A program made the position numbers and the translations under genes. From Desulfotignum sp. (GTDB taxonomy: Bacteria; Desulfobacterota; Desulfobacteria; Desulfobacterales; Desulfobacteraceae), in NCBI GenBank assembly GCA_011389555.1, contig JAABUD010000253.1:5995-69994 (forward strand): a DNA stretch of 64,000 nucleotides. The letters are read 5' to 3'. Below are positions 47,774 to 57,550 of the stretch, in pieces. Below the pieces are notes generated by a model. It was not told the DNA's origin. It worked only from the letters and a program-made list of their open reading frames with translations, and made no database searches. Position 1 is the first letter of the stretch. Each line of letters opens with the position of its first letter.

Positions 47774-49309
47774 TTACTTTGGGAGGCAGACAGTGAAGTG
47801 GCTGCCGTGGCCGGGTTCGGATTCCACGTGGATGGTGCCGTGGTGGGATTCCACAATGCTTTTGACGATGGCCAGGCCCAGGCCCGTGCCGTTGATGAAC
47901 CGGGTGTGTTCGTTTTTCACCCGGTAGAACCGGTCAAAGATGTGGTCGATCTCGTCTTCGGCGATCCCTAAGCCCGTGTCGGACACGTGAATGTTGACGC
48001 AGTCATCGGTCTGGTCACACCACACATCGATTTTCTGGTTGGCCGGGGTATACCGGATGGCATTGGAAATCAGGTTGGAGACCACCTCTTCGATATTGGT
48101 GCGATTGGCCATCACCGACAGTTCTTTCGGGCCGGGTTTCCAGGTCAATTGCACGGTTTTGGCATCGGCCTTGTCCTGAAAGAAATACACCTGTTCCTCG
48201 ATCAGGTTCCCCAGGTCCAGCAGTTCTCTTTCCTGGTTGATCAGACCGGATTCAATTTTGGACAGGTCCAGCAGTTCCGATGCCAGCTGTGCCAGAGATG
48301 TGATTTTGTCTGCGCTTCGATTCAGTATTTCTGTCTGTTTTTCCGTCAAATCGCCGGCCAGACCGTCCAGAATCACTTTCATCTGCATGAGAATGGAGTT
48401 CAACGGACTTTTGATCTCATGGGCCACCATGGACACAAAGTCGGATTTGAGCTGATCCATTTTCTTCAATGCCGTGATATCATGAAACACGGTCACGGCC
48501 CCCAGGTTCCGGTCCAGCCGGTCCCGGAACGGAAAACAGCGGATTCCGATGATTTTCTCCTCTTTGCTGTCTTCCGGAATCAGGGTCAGTTCATCCGTGA
48601 GTTCGGAAAAATAACCGGAGGTCTGGTCCAGGGCCTGATCGATCATGTCAGTAATCCGGGGTTGCTTGACAATGTCGTTGACATGCCGGCCGATGGCGGA
48701 CCGGGTTTTGGACCCGATCATGTTCAAAAACGCCGGATTCGCCAGAACGATCCTTTTCTGATGATCCGTGGTCAGCACCCCTTCTCTCAAGGTGTTGACC
48801 ATCACGCGCATCCGTGTTTTCTCGCTGGCAATGTCCTGAAGGGTCCGGATGAATTCCGTGGCCTTGGAAATGACCATCCGCAGTTCCTGGGGGGAAAACG
48901 GTTTGGACAGAAAATCAAACGCCCCTTTTTTCATGGTTTCAATGGAATGCTCCAGGGTGGCATATCCCGTGATCACGATGATGACCGTATCCGGATGACG
49001 GGCTTTGATTCCGGTAAGCACATCCATACCCGACATGCCCGGCATCATCAGATCCAGCAGTACAATGTCGAAATGGGCATCCTCGATCATTTTCAGCCCC
49101 TTGATACCATTGTCCGCCAGGGCCACGTCACATCCTTCCTGTGTCAGCATCCGGTGACAGACTTTTTGAATCCGCTCTTCATCATCCACCACCAGCACTC
49201 TGGGCTGAAACGAAAATGTATCCGTCCCTGTTTTCATCGCTTTTTTTTCCGGCTGTTGGTTCTCTGCCGCTCCCGCTTCCATCTCTGTATCTGACATCTT
49301 TTGTTCCAT
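47774..49309 (-). CDS. Soluble hybrid REC-PAS-histidine kinase
   Basis: REC (VVDDE, DLMMP, TG, KP), PAS, H-box AHEIKSPL, DTGLG, RFYRV, GTGLGL; no TM. Confidence 0.92.
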   Translation of the reverse strand: MEQKMSDTEMEAGAAENQQPEKKAMKTGTDTFSFQPRVLVVDDEERIQKVCHRMLTQEGCDVALADNGIKGLKMIEDAHFDIVLLDLMMPGMSGMDVLTGIKARHPDTVIIVITGYATLEHSIETMKKGAFDFLSKPFSPQELRMVISKATEFIRTLQDIASEKTRMRVMVNTLREGVLTTDHQKRIVLANPAFLNMIGSKTRSAIGRHVNDIVKQPRITDMIDQALDQTSGYFSELTDELTLIPEDSKEEKIIGIRCFPFRDRLDRNLGAVTVFHDITALKKMDQLKSDFVSMVAHEIKSPLNSILMQMKVILDGLAGDLTEKQTEILNRSADKITSLAQLASELLDLSKIESGLINQERELLDLGNLIEEQVYFFQDKADAKTVQLTWKPGPKELSVMANRTNIEEVVSNLISNAIRYTPANQKIDVWCDQTDDCVNIHVSDTGLGIAEDEIDHIFDRFYRVKNEHTRFINGTGLGLAIVKSIVESHHGTIHVESEPGHGSHFTVCLPK

Positions 49310-49343
49310 CCTGAGAGTTCACATTGTTTCATGCTCAAAACCA

Positions 49344-50867
49344 TCATGCGGATCCCGGGGGATCACAAAAATGAGGCCCGTCTTCACTGGGGACATACAT
49401 GGGAAATTCAATAATGAATGTGGTGCCCTTGACACCGGTTTTCTTGACCGAAATCCGTGCTCCGTGCTCTTCGATAATCCCGTAGACAATGCTCAGCCCC
49501 AGACCCGTACTTTTCCCGACTTCCTTGGTGGTGAAAAACGGATCGAAAATTTTGGACAGGTTTTCTCTGGGAATCCCCTCTCCTGTATCTTTCACCTCCA
49601 GAAACACTTTTTTGTTGGGCTTGTTTCGGTATGTGGACAACGAAATCCTGCCATTGCCTTTCATGGCGTCTGCCGCATTGATGATCAGGTTGATGAGCAC
49701 CTGATTGAGTTTGCTGACATCCGCATGGATGAGCATCATCTCATCGTCCAGTAACCGGCGGATCTGGATGTTGCGGAATTTTTTCTGATCCCGGACCAGT
49801 TTGAGGCTCTGGTCCACAATTTCATTGATATGCACAATGCGTTTGTTGGAATCCGTGCTCCGGCTGTAGACCAGCAGACTTTTCACGATATTTTTGCACC
49901 GGTTGGCATCTTCCACGATATATGTGAGATCGGCCAGGGCATCCTCATCCAGATCGGTACGTTCCAGCAGCAGGCTGGCGTAGAACAGCACCCCGGTCAA
50001 AGGGTTGTTGATCTCGTGGGCCACACCCGCGGCAAGCTGCCCCAGAGACGCCATTTTCTCGGACTGGGCCAGCTGTTTCTGGGCCTGTTTCAGTTCCTGC
50101 TCCACCTTGCCTTTGTCTTTCAGGTCATTGTAGATGGCCATGGTGGCGGATTCATTGCCATTCTCGTCATAAATGATGGCAGCAGACATCTCCACATCCA
50201 CCTGTTCCCCTTTGGCATTGACAATGGTGATCCTGGGAATGATCAGCTTGCCCCTGCCCCCGATTTTTTCATCCCTGAGCATGCGCATGATCTCCTGGGC
50301 CTTGCCCGGCGGATACAGCTGTTCCGTCTGGGTGATGGCCCCTTCTCCGCCGTTGTACGCCCCGAACAGCTCTTTGGCCACGGAATTCATCAGTTCGATG
50401 CGGCCGGACCGGTCCGCCGCCACAATGGCACTGGCAGAGGCGTGAATGACCCGGGTGATAAATTCCTTCACACCGATCAACTGGCTTTCAAGGGATTTGG
50501 TGCGGGTGATATCCCGGATACTGGACAGCACATACGCCACGTTCCGTTGATCGTCGAAAATCGGAGAAAACACCCGTTCTTCCCATTTGTACTGCCGCTT
50601 CAGGGTGTAGGTATGGGCTTCTTTGTTGGCGATCACCCGGGAGATCGGACAGTCTTCAGATTTGCACGGGGTGTTTTTATACAAAAAAGAGTGATAGCAT
50701 TTTTTGCCCAGGATATCTTCGGGCGTGAGGTTGTAGGTGTCATAGAATTTTTTGTTGGCCCCCACCACGCTCTTTTCCAGATCGATGATCACGGATGGAT
50801 CGGTCAGGGCATCAAAGATACGCACCTGCCAGAAAAAATCTTCAGAAGGTGGATTGTCAAGGGTCAT
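49344..50867 (-). CDS. Soluble PAS-PAS histidine kinase (NtrB-like)
   Basis: Two PAS domains, [34 protein letters not shown]; no TM. Confidence 0.92.
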   Translation of the reverse strand: MTLDNPPSEDFFWQVRIFDALTDPSVIIDLEKSVVGANKKFYDTYNLTPEDILGKKCYHSFLYKNTPCKSEDCPISRVIANKEAHTYTLKRQYKWEERVFSPIFDDQRNVAYVLSSIRDITRTKSLESQLIGVKEFITRVIHASASAIVAADRSGRIELMNSVAKELFGAYNGGEGAITQTEQLYPPGKAQEIMRMLRDEKIGGRGKLIIPRITIVNAKGEQVDVEMSAAIIYDENGNESATMAIYNDLKDKGKVEQELKQAQKQLAQSEKMASLGQLAAGVAHEINNPLTGVLFYASLLLERTDLDEDALADLTYIVEDANRCKNIVKSLLVYSRSTDSNKRIVHINEIVDQSLKLVRDQKKFRNIQIRRLLDDEMMLIHADVSKLNQVLINLIINAADAMKGNGRISLSTYRNKPNKKVFLEVKDTGEGIPRENLSKIFDPFFTTKEVGKSTGLGLSIVYGIIEEHGARISVKKTGVKGTTFIIEFPMYVPSEDGPHFCDPPGSA

Positions 50868-51817
50868 GGGGCGTCAAATCCTTTTGCCAGCGCGGTTTGA
50901 GCCGCGGTTCCCGCACCGGCCGGAAACACCAGGCTGATACTGGCACCGGTGCAGGCAGCGGCCCGCAGGGGCACCCGGTCCATCTCCAGACAGTTCAGCG
51001 CCGCCTGCAGAATCCGGTATCGATCCCCGAAATGGGGCCCGTGAAACGTGATCAGGTCCACCGGTTCAAGTTCTTCGTTTTCATTGTCGAATCGATGGGT
51101 CCCCAGCACAAACACGGCATCGATCCGCCGGCCGGGAATCTGCATCACCGATACCAGGTGAAACCGGGCATCGGGGTCGCCGTCCGCCACCAGGCCGTGC
51201 CGAATCTGCATCAACCGGTCCCGGGAATCCTGTACCTGAAGCAGGGAAACCCCCGGAGTCAGCTGAATGCCGTAGGTCTTGATTTTTTCTTCCACATAGG
51301 TGGACCGGGTTTCCGGATATTTTTTCAAAAGCGCGGAAATGTCCTGGTCGATCTCCTGAAAATAGGGGGTGTGGGATACCGGCAAATCAAATGTGTTTTC
51401 CAGCAGCGCGATCACCTGATCCTGGCTCCGGGTGTCTATGACCACACTGATGACCGCCGGAGATGACACCAGATGAAAAAAAGGGATGTCCGCTCTTGCA
51501 AGCATTGCCATCAGAACCGACGGCACTTCCAGACGGTTGCGGTGGGGGTAGACCGACACCTGGGTCACGTCTGCCGGCGGGGGCACGGTGGTATCCCTGT
51601 CCGACAGCCTGGCCAGGACATCCCGGTACTGACTTTCCACGCAACCGGAAAACCATTCCTGGTTTTCCCGGCGGTGCAGCCCGGCACAGACCATGTTGAT
51701 CCGCCGGGTCGACAGGGCCTGACACACGGAATCCAACGGACGGATACGCGATGAGCCCTGGCCGGTCCATACCTGTCCCGGCCCCAGCCGTATGCCGTTG
51801 ATGGGAATCGGTTTCAT
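50864..51817 (-). CDS. Stand-alone tandem ACT-like domain protein (aspartokinase regulatory-domain-like, no kinase domain)
   Basis: Internal duplication: VSVYPH...SSPAVISVVI...ENTF and ITFHGPH...CTGASISLVF...KGF. ATGA overlap with the next kinase gene. Confidence 0.65.
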   Translation of the reverse strand: MKPIPINGIRLGPGQVWTGQGSSRIRPLDSVCQALSTRRINMVCAGLHRRENQEWFSGCVESQYRDVLARLSDRDTTVPPPADVTQVSVYPHRNRLEVPSVLMAMLARADIPFFHLVSSPAVISVVIDTRSQDQVIALLENTFDLPVSHTPYFQEIDQDISALLKKYPETRSTYVEEKIKTYGIQLTPGVSLLQVQDSRDRLMQIRHGLVADGDPDARFHLVSVMQIPGRRIDAVFVLGTHRFDNENEELEPVDLITFHGPHFGDRYRILQAALNCLEMDRVPLRAAACTGASISLVFPAGAGTAAQTALAKGFDAP

Positions 51818-51842
51818 GATTCAGACACGCACCGTCCAATTG

Positions 51843-51891
51843 AAAAAAAAGCTGGATGGCGAAAACATGATCCGGCTTTTCCGCCATCCAG
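51843..51891 (-). terminator. Intrinsic terminator between the REC gene and the ACT gene
   Basis: CTGGATGGCG...CGCCATCCAG 10-bp stem (extended by AAAA/TTTT), followed on the minus strand by T8. Confidence 0.78.
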
Positions 51892-51934
51892 GTTCATTGC
51901 TGTCCGTGCAGGCTGAACAGACAAGGCCGTTCGA

Positions 51935-52321
51935 TCAGCCGCAGTGATCGGTCACAATCTCCATCAATTCATCCAGATCGATGGGTTTGGGGATATAGTC
52001 GTCCGCCAGCGTGGTTTTGCCGTTGTGATGGGTGTAGCTGGTGGTTTTCACCGAATCCGCCACTGCGGTCAACAGCACGACCGCGATATTTTTCAAGGTG
52101 TCACTGTTCTTGATTTCCTCGCAGACATCCCACCCGTTTTTCCGGGGCATCATCACATCCAGTACCACCAGGTCCGGTTTTTCTTCGTTGATGCGATCCA
52201 TGGCTTCCACGCCGTCATAGGCCTTGGCCACCCGGTAATTTTTGGCTTCCAGCTTCATGGACACCGCTTCCACCAGATCCGGGTCATCATCCACCACCAG
52301 AATGAGTTTCTGTTCGCTCAT
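51935..52321 (-). CDS. Single-domain response regulator
   Basis: VVDDD, DVMMP, LTA, YIPKP; AAGGAG RBS. Confidence 0.93.
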   Translation of the reverse strand: MSEQKLILVVDDDPDLVEAVSMKLEAKNYRVAKAYDGVEAMDRINEEKPDLVVLDVMMPRKNGWDVCEEIKNSDTLKNIAVVLLTAVADSVKTTSYTHHNGKTTLADDYIPKPIDLDELMEIVTDHCG

Positions 52322-52342
52322 GTTATGATCTCCTTGATATGA

Positions 52343-52436
52343 AAGTGTTAAGTGTTAAGTTTTAAGTGTTAAGTTTTAAGTGTTACGCTTATACTTTCAT
52401 TATTCTGTTGTGGCCTTCCAGGCCATGAGGATTATT
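52343..52436. repeat. Dispersed intergenic element, copy 1: 6 x AAGT(G/T)TT plus hairpin tail
   Basis: Heptamers 52343-52384, then GCTTATACTTTCAT...TGGCCT-TCC-AGGCCA...TTATT; homologous to 62033-62139. Confidence 0.9.
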
Positions 52437-52447
52437 ATTAAGGCCTG

Positions 52448-53371
52448 CTATACCCTGGGCCTGGGATACAATCCTGCCTGTTCCACGATCTGGGGCACTT
52501 TTTCTTCCCATTCAATGGCCATGATATGGAACCCGTGCACCCCCTTGACCTCTTTGAGACGTTCGATGGCTTCCACGGCCATCTGGATGCCTTCCTCGGG
52601 CTGCTGTTCCTTGGGTACGCCTTCCAGGCGCTTGATGACGTCATCGGGAATATCCATGCCCGGCACCTTGTTTTTCATGTACCGGGCCATTCCCACGGAC
52701 TTCATGGGCGTGATGCCGGCCAGGATGTGAACCTGCTCGTCCAGGCCCCGGTCCACCACCCCGCTCATCCATTCTTCAAATTTATCAAGGTTAAAAATAC
52801 ACTGCGTCTGGATAAAGTCAACACCTGCCTTGACTTTTTTGGCCAGGCGCATGACCCGCAGTTCAAACGGATCGGCAAACGGATTGGCGGCCGCGCCGAT
52901 GAACATTTTGGGGGGTTCGTCGATCCTGGCACCGCCCTGAAACAGGCCCTGGTCTCTCATCTGTCGGACCATTTTGATCATCTGCACGGAATCGATGTCA
53001 AACACGCCCTGGGCCATGGGATGGTCTCCGAACTTGGCATGGTCACCGGACAGGCACAGCATGGTGTTGATGCCGAAGGAGTACGCCCCGATGATATCGC
53101 TCTGCATGGCCAGGCGGTTACGGTCCCTGGACACCATCTGAAGGATGGGGTCCAGGCCGATCTGTTTGATCAGAATCCCGGCGGCGAATGAAGACATCCG
53201 GACCATGGCGGTCTGGTTGTCCGTCACGTTGATGCCGTCCACGTGATCCTTGAGCAGGGCCGCTTTTTCCTTGACCTTTTCCGGACGACACCCCCGGGGA
53301 GGACCGCATTCCGAGGTCACTGCCAGTTCACCGGTTGCCAATACCTTTTCCAGTCTGCTGTCTGTCTTCAT
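52448..53371 (-). CDS. metF: Methylenetetrahydrofolate reductase MetF
   Basis: SECGPP, NVTDN, RDRNR, LSGD, KVKAGVDFIQTQ, GFHIM. Confidence 0.93.
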   Translation of the reverse strand: MKTDSRLEKVLATGELAVTSECGPPRGCRPEKVKEKAALLKDHVDGINVTDNQTAMVRMSSFAAGILIKQIGLDPILQMVSRDRNRLAMQSDIIGAYSFGINTMLCLSGDHAKFGDHPMAQGVFDIDSVQMIKMVRQMRDQGLFQGGARIDEPPKMFIGAAANPFADPFELRVMRLAKKVKAGVDFIQTQCIFNLDKFEEWMSGVVDRGLDEQVHILAGITPMKSVGMARYMKNKVPGMDIPDDVIKRLEGVPKEQQPEEGIQMAVEAIERLKEVKGVHGFHIMAIEWEEKVPQIVEQAGLYPRPRV

Positions 53372-54036
53372 TGTGCCAAATCCTCCCTGATAATTGTCCC
53401 GGGTCCGCCGGCGCCACCAGGTCTCCAGTCCTTTGCTTCCATCAATTCCTCATACCGCGATTCCAGGCCCAGTTCCTTGAGCCGTTCCCAGATCAGGCGC
53501 CAGGCACACTCAATGTCCGGGCTGACCTCGCACTGGCCGTTGGAGGTGCCGCCGCAGGGGCCGTTGAACAGGTGCTTGGAGCACCGGGCCACCGGGCAGA
53601 TGCCGCCGGTGATGCCTAACACGCAGTCACCGCATCCTTTGCACCGCTCCGACCACACGCCCTGGCTGATGGACGCGCCCATGAACCGGGTGTTGACCGC
53701 GGGAAACACCGGGGTTTTCTTGTACCGGGCCGCAAGGGTCTGCACCCCGCAGCCGCAGGCCATGGACACCACGGCATCCACCCCGTCGATATAGGGAGCC
53801 AGCTCTTCCACATATTCCGGATCACACTGGCGTTCCAGGGTGATTTCCTTGATATCGATGTTCCTGCCCTGCTTCAGATAGTTCAGATGCAGGGCCGAGG
53901 CCAGCAGCCCGACTTCTTTTCTGCCACCGGCGGCACACACTGTCACACATTCATTGCAGCCCACCAGGAGGATGTTGCTGTATGGGGCCATATACCCGAT
54001 GATTTCCTGTATGGGTTTCTGTTCTGCTGTAATCAT
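53368..54036 (-). CDS. metV: MetV (MTHFR C-terminal-like Fe-S/Zn subunit)
   Basis: GCNECVTVC, RQC, MACGCG, CKGCGDC..TGGICP..RCSKHLFNGPCGG...CAW; ATGA overlap with metF. Confidence 0.9.
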   Translation of the reverse strand: MITAEQKPIQEIIGYMAPYSNILLVGCNECVTVCAAGGRKEVGLLASALHLNYLKQGRNIDIKEITLERQCDPEYVEELAPYIDGVDAVVSMACGCGVQTLAARYKKTPVFPAVNTRFMGASISQGVWSERCKGCGDCVLGITGGICPVARCSKHLFNGPCGGTSNGQCEVSPDIECAWRLIWERLKELGLESRYEELMEAKDWRPGGAGGPGTIIREDLAQ

Positions 54037-54064
54037 GTATTTTCTCCGAAAAAATATGTCAACA

Positions 54065-54499
54065 TCAACTGGCTGCCTTGTCTGCCACGGCGGTACTGCC
54101 GGGGCTGGGGCCCAGTTTTTTTATGATTTCCGTAAATTCTTTGGCCACCCGGGCAAAGGTTTCCCCCATACCGGCGGACATGTTGTACATGGCCACCCGT
54201 TCCGGTTCCCATCCCAGTTCCGCCAGCAGTTTCTTCACCCGGTTCACCCGCGCTTCCGCCCGGAGGTTTCCATTTTTATAATGACAGTCGCCGTCCAGAC
54301 ACCCGGCCACATACACCCCGTCCGCCCCTTTTTCCAGGGCTTTCATCAGGTGGATGGCATCCACTTTGCCGGAACAGGGCACCCGGATGATCTTCACGTT
54401 GGTGGGATAGGGAATCCGCTTGCTGCCGGCCATGTCTGCCGCGGTATATGCACAGTAATGACAGCAGAATGCGACAATTTCAGGTTCAAAATGTTCCAT
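54065..54499 (-). CDS. mvhD: MvhD [2Fe-2S] subunit (Cys form)
   Basis: FCCHYCAY, VPCSGKV, GCLDGDCHY..GN, LGPSP. Confidence 0.93.
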   Translation of the reverse strand: MEHFEPEIVAFCCHYCAYTAADMAGSKRIPYPTNVKIIRVPCSGKVDAIHLMKALEKGADGVYVAGCLDGDCHYKNGNLRAEARVNRVKKLLAELGWEPERVAMYNMSAGMGETFARVAKEFTEIIKKLGPSPGSTAVADKAAS

Positions 54500-54505
54500 C
54501 GGTCT

Positions 54506-57500
54506 CTACCTTTCAAATAAGCCGTCTAATTTTGCCAGTATCTGGTCGTCTTCATAGGCCAGCAGCTGAATCGCCTTGGCCGGACATTCACCGGCGCACA
54601 CGCCGCAGCCGTGACATTTGTCCGCATCGATCTGGGACACCCCGTCCGCATTGATGAACGGCACGTCAAACGGACATGCCCGGACACAGACCAGGCAGGA
54701 CGCGCATTTTTTCTCGTCCACCACGGCCACGCAGGCCCCCAGGTTGATCTCTTTTTTGGACAATAGCGTCTGAGCCCGGCCGGCCGCGGCCTGGGCCTGG
54801 GTGATGCATTCCCGGATCACTTTTGGAGAATGGGCCGTCCCGGCCAGGAAAAATCCCCGCTGGGCCATGTCCACGGGCCGCAGTTTCACGTGATCCTCCA
54901 GAAAATAGCTGTCTTGGGTCCGGGGCAGATGAAACATCAGGGCCAGGTCTTCGGTGTTTTCATCGTCCGCGATCAAGCCGGTGCTGAGCACCACGCAATC
55001 GGCGGTGATGTCAATATCGCTGTCCAGCACATAGTCATGGGTTCGAACCACCAGCTCACCGTCGGTTTCCCTGACCTCGGGCCGGTTTTCCAGAGAGAAC
55101 CGGATGAACTTGACGCCCAGATCCCTGGCCTTGCGGTAATAATCTTCCAGAAATCCATAGGTCCGCATATCCCGGTACAGGATAAAGACCTCGGTGTCCG
55201 GGCTGATCTGCCTGATTTTCAGGGCGTTTTTCACGGCCGCCTGGCAGCAGATTCTCGAGCAGTTGGGATTGCCCTCTTCCCGGGATCCCACACACTGGAT
55301 CATCACCACCTGATCCATGGTCTGAACCGTTTCCGGTTCGTCCGCCAGCACAGAATCCATATCCAGCTGGGTCATGACGCTGTTTATGGTGCCCAGCCCA
55401 TACTGGGCCGGCCGGTTGGCAGCCGCCCCCGTGGCCAGGATGGTCACCCCGTGATCGAGCTGCATGTAGTTCATGCGCACCCCGGTCTGAATACCGGTCT
55501 TGAACAAACCGGGCATGCCGCTGTGGTCCACGATCACGGACCGGGTCAGCACCTGGATCTGGGGGTGGGCCGTGACCGTGTCCACGAGATTCTGGACAAA
55601 CGGGGCCACATCATCCCCTTCAATGGTTTTGCGCAGGGACCGGGCCAGACCGCCCAGAGACGGTGCCCGTTCCACAAGATAGGTTTTGATGCCCTGGTCC
55701 GCCAGTTTCAGGGCCGCGGTCATGCCGGTGACACCACCGCCCACCACCAGGGCTTTCTGGCTCATGGGCAGGGTATGCTCCCGAAGCGGATGGTGGGTGC
55801 GGACTCCGGCAATGCCCACCTGCATCAGTTTGACCGCCTTTTTCTGGGCTTTGTCCGGTTCTGCCATGTGGGCCCAGGTATTCTGGTCCCGCAAGTTCAC
55901 CATTTCCACCAGGTACCGGTTCAATCCCACCCGCCGGAGCAGGTCCTGGAACTTGGTTTCATGGGTTCGGGGGGAACACCCGCCGATCACCACCCGGTTC
56001 AGGTTGTTTTTCGTGATCAGGGTTTCGATCTTTGCCATGGATTCGGACGAGCAGCCGTATCCCACGGCCTCGGCCACCACCACGTCCGGCCGGGTTCGAA
56101 CCGCATCCAGCAGGGTGTCGACATTCAGGACCCCGCCGATCTCGAATCCGCAGTCACACACAAACACGCCGATGCGGGGATCTTCGCCCGTGACATTTTT
56201 TTCCGGGGGAAACACCTCCTCCCCGTTGAGTCCGGCCGGAGACACGGGCTGGTTGGTGGCAGCCATGGCCGCGGCCGCAGAGGCCTGGGCCATGGTTTCG
56301 GGGATATCCTTGGGGCTTTCATACACCCCGCAGACATACACGCCGGGCCGGGACGTCAGCACGGGATTGAAATGATCGGTTTCGGCAAAATGATGGACAT
56401 TCATCTCGATTCCCAGATTCCGAGCCAGCTCCCGGGTTTCGCCGTTGACCCGGAATCCGGTGGAGAGCACCACCATGTCGAACTCTTCGGTCTCCTGAAC
56501 CGATCGGTCTTCCACGGCATAGGCAATGGACAGGTTCCGGGTGTCCGGTTTTTCCATGATGGTGTGGGGCCGGCTTCGGACCATGCGGATGTTGTATTCA
56601 TCTCTGGCCCGGTTGTAATACTGTTCGTAATCCTTGCCATGGGTCCGCATGTCCATGAAAAAAATCGTGGTCTCGATGTCTTCGCCGAACCGCTCCTTGG
56701 TGACCATGGCTTCCTTGAGCGCATACATGCAGCAGACACTGGAGCAATACGGCACATCGGCCCGGTTGATGCCCCGGGATCCCACGCACTGGATCCAGGC
56801 CACCTTTTTGGGCGGTTTGCCGTCGGATTTGCGGACCAGGTTGCCCTGGAAAGGGCCGGACGCGGACATGATCCGCTCGTATTCCAGGCCCGTGACCACG
56901 TTGTCGAACCGGCCGCCCCCGAAATTGTCCAGTACCGCGGGATCAAACAGATCCGCGCCCACAGACAGCACCACGGACGAGACATCCATGACGGTTTCTT
57001 TGGGCGTGTCATCGGGCAGGATCGCATCGGCCTTGCAGATTTTTTTCAACGCCTCGACATCGGTGATCCTGCTCATGTCGATGGAAAAGGCGAACGGCGT
57101 GGCCTGGGGATAGCGCATGCAGGTCGGTGCCCGGGGATCCAGCCCCGGCGTGAACCTCACCGCTTCGGGAAACTGTTTGGCACATTCACCGCAGGCCGTG
57201 CATTTTTCCGTGTCAATGTATCTGGGCTGGGTCATCAATGTGGCGGAAAACGCTCCGGCTTCTCCGTCCAGTCTCGTGAGACGGGTCATGGGTCTGATTT
57301 CCAGAAATTTTTCCCGGCCGCCCTGGGACAGGTACGGGGAAACCGTACACAGATCACAGTTGTTGGTGGGAAACGTCCGGTCCAGCTGGGTCATCAGCCC
57401 GCCGATGGCATATGATTTGTCAATGAGCAGTACATTGCGCCGGGATTCGGCCAGATCCAGGGCGGCCCGGATGCCACCGACACCACCGCCGATCACCAGC

Positions 57501-57550
57501 ACACGCCTGTCCGTGGACAGGGTATTTTCTGAATTGTAATTCATTTGCAT
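54506..57550 (-). CDS. hdrA: Large HdrA-like flavoprotein (Cys form, two FAD sites)
   Basis: IGGGVGG, DRTFPTNNCDLC, QCVGSR twice, CSPRTHE, VGGGVTG, C-terminal 2x[4Fe-4S]. Confidence 0.93.
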   Translation of the reverse strand: MQMNYNSENTLSTDRRVLVIGGGVGGIRAALDLAESRRNVLLIDKSYAIGGLMTQLDRTFPTNNCDLCTVSPYLSQGGREKFLEIRPMTRLTRLDGEAGAFSATLMTQPRYIDTEKCTACGECAKQFPEAVRFTPGLDPRAPTCMRYPQATPFAFSIDMSRITDVEALKKICKADAILPDDTPKETVMDVSSVVLSVGADLFDPAVLDNFGGGRFDNVVTGLEYERIMSASGPFQGNLVRKSDGKPPKKVAWIQCVGSRGINRADVPYCSSVCCMYALKEAMVTKERFGEDIETTIFFMDMRTHGKDYEQYYNRARDEYNIRMVRSRPHTIMEKPDTRNLSIAYAVEDRSVQETEEFDMVVLSTGFRVNGETRELARNLGIEMNVHHFAETDHFNPVLTSRPGVYVCGVYESPKDIPETMAQASAAAAMAATNQPVSPAGLNGEEVFPPEKNVTGEDPRIGVFVCDCGFEIGGVLNVDTLLDAVRTRPDVVVAEAVGYGCSSESMAKIETLITKNNLNRVVIGGCSPRTHETKFQDLLRRVGLNRYLVEMVNLRDQNTWAHMAEPDKAQKKAVKLMQVGIAGVRTHHPLREHTLPMSQKALVVGGGVTGMTAALKLADQGIKTYLVERAPSLGGLARSLRKTIEGDDVAPFVQNLVDTVTAHPQIQVLTRSVIVDHSGMPGLFKTGIQTGVRMNYMQLDHGVTILATGAAANRPAQYGLGTINSVMTQLDMDSVLADEPETVQTMDQVVMIQCVGSREEGNPNCSRICCQAAVKNALKIRQISPDTEVFILYRDMRTYGFLEDYYRKARDLGVKFIRFSLENRPEVRETDGELVVRTHDYVLDSDIDITADCVVLSTGLIADDENTEDLALMFHLPRTQDSYFLEDHVKLRPVDMAQRGFFLAGTAHSPKVIRECITQAQAAAGRAQTLLSKKEINLGACVAVVDEKKCASCLVCVRACPFDVPFINADGVSQIDADKCHGCGVCAGECPAKAIQLLAYEDDQILAKLDGLFER

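Noticed and set aside
52343-52384. Heptamer arrays as a CRISPR array or replication-origin iterons
   Set aside because: Units are 7 bp and contiguous with no spacers; no cas, rep or dnaA genes and no DnaA-box cluster nearby.
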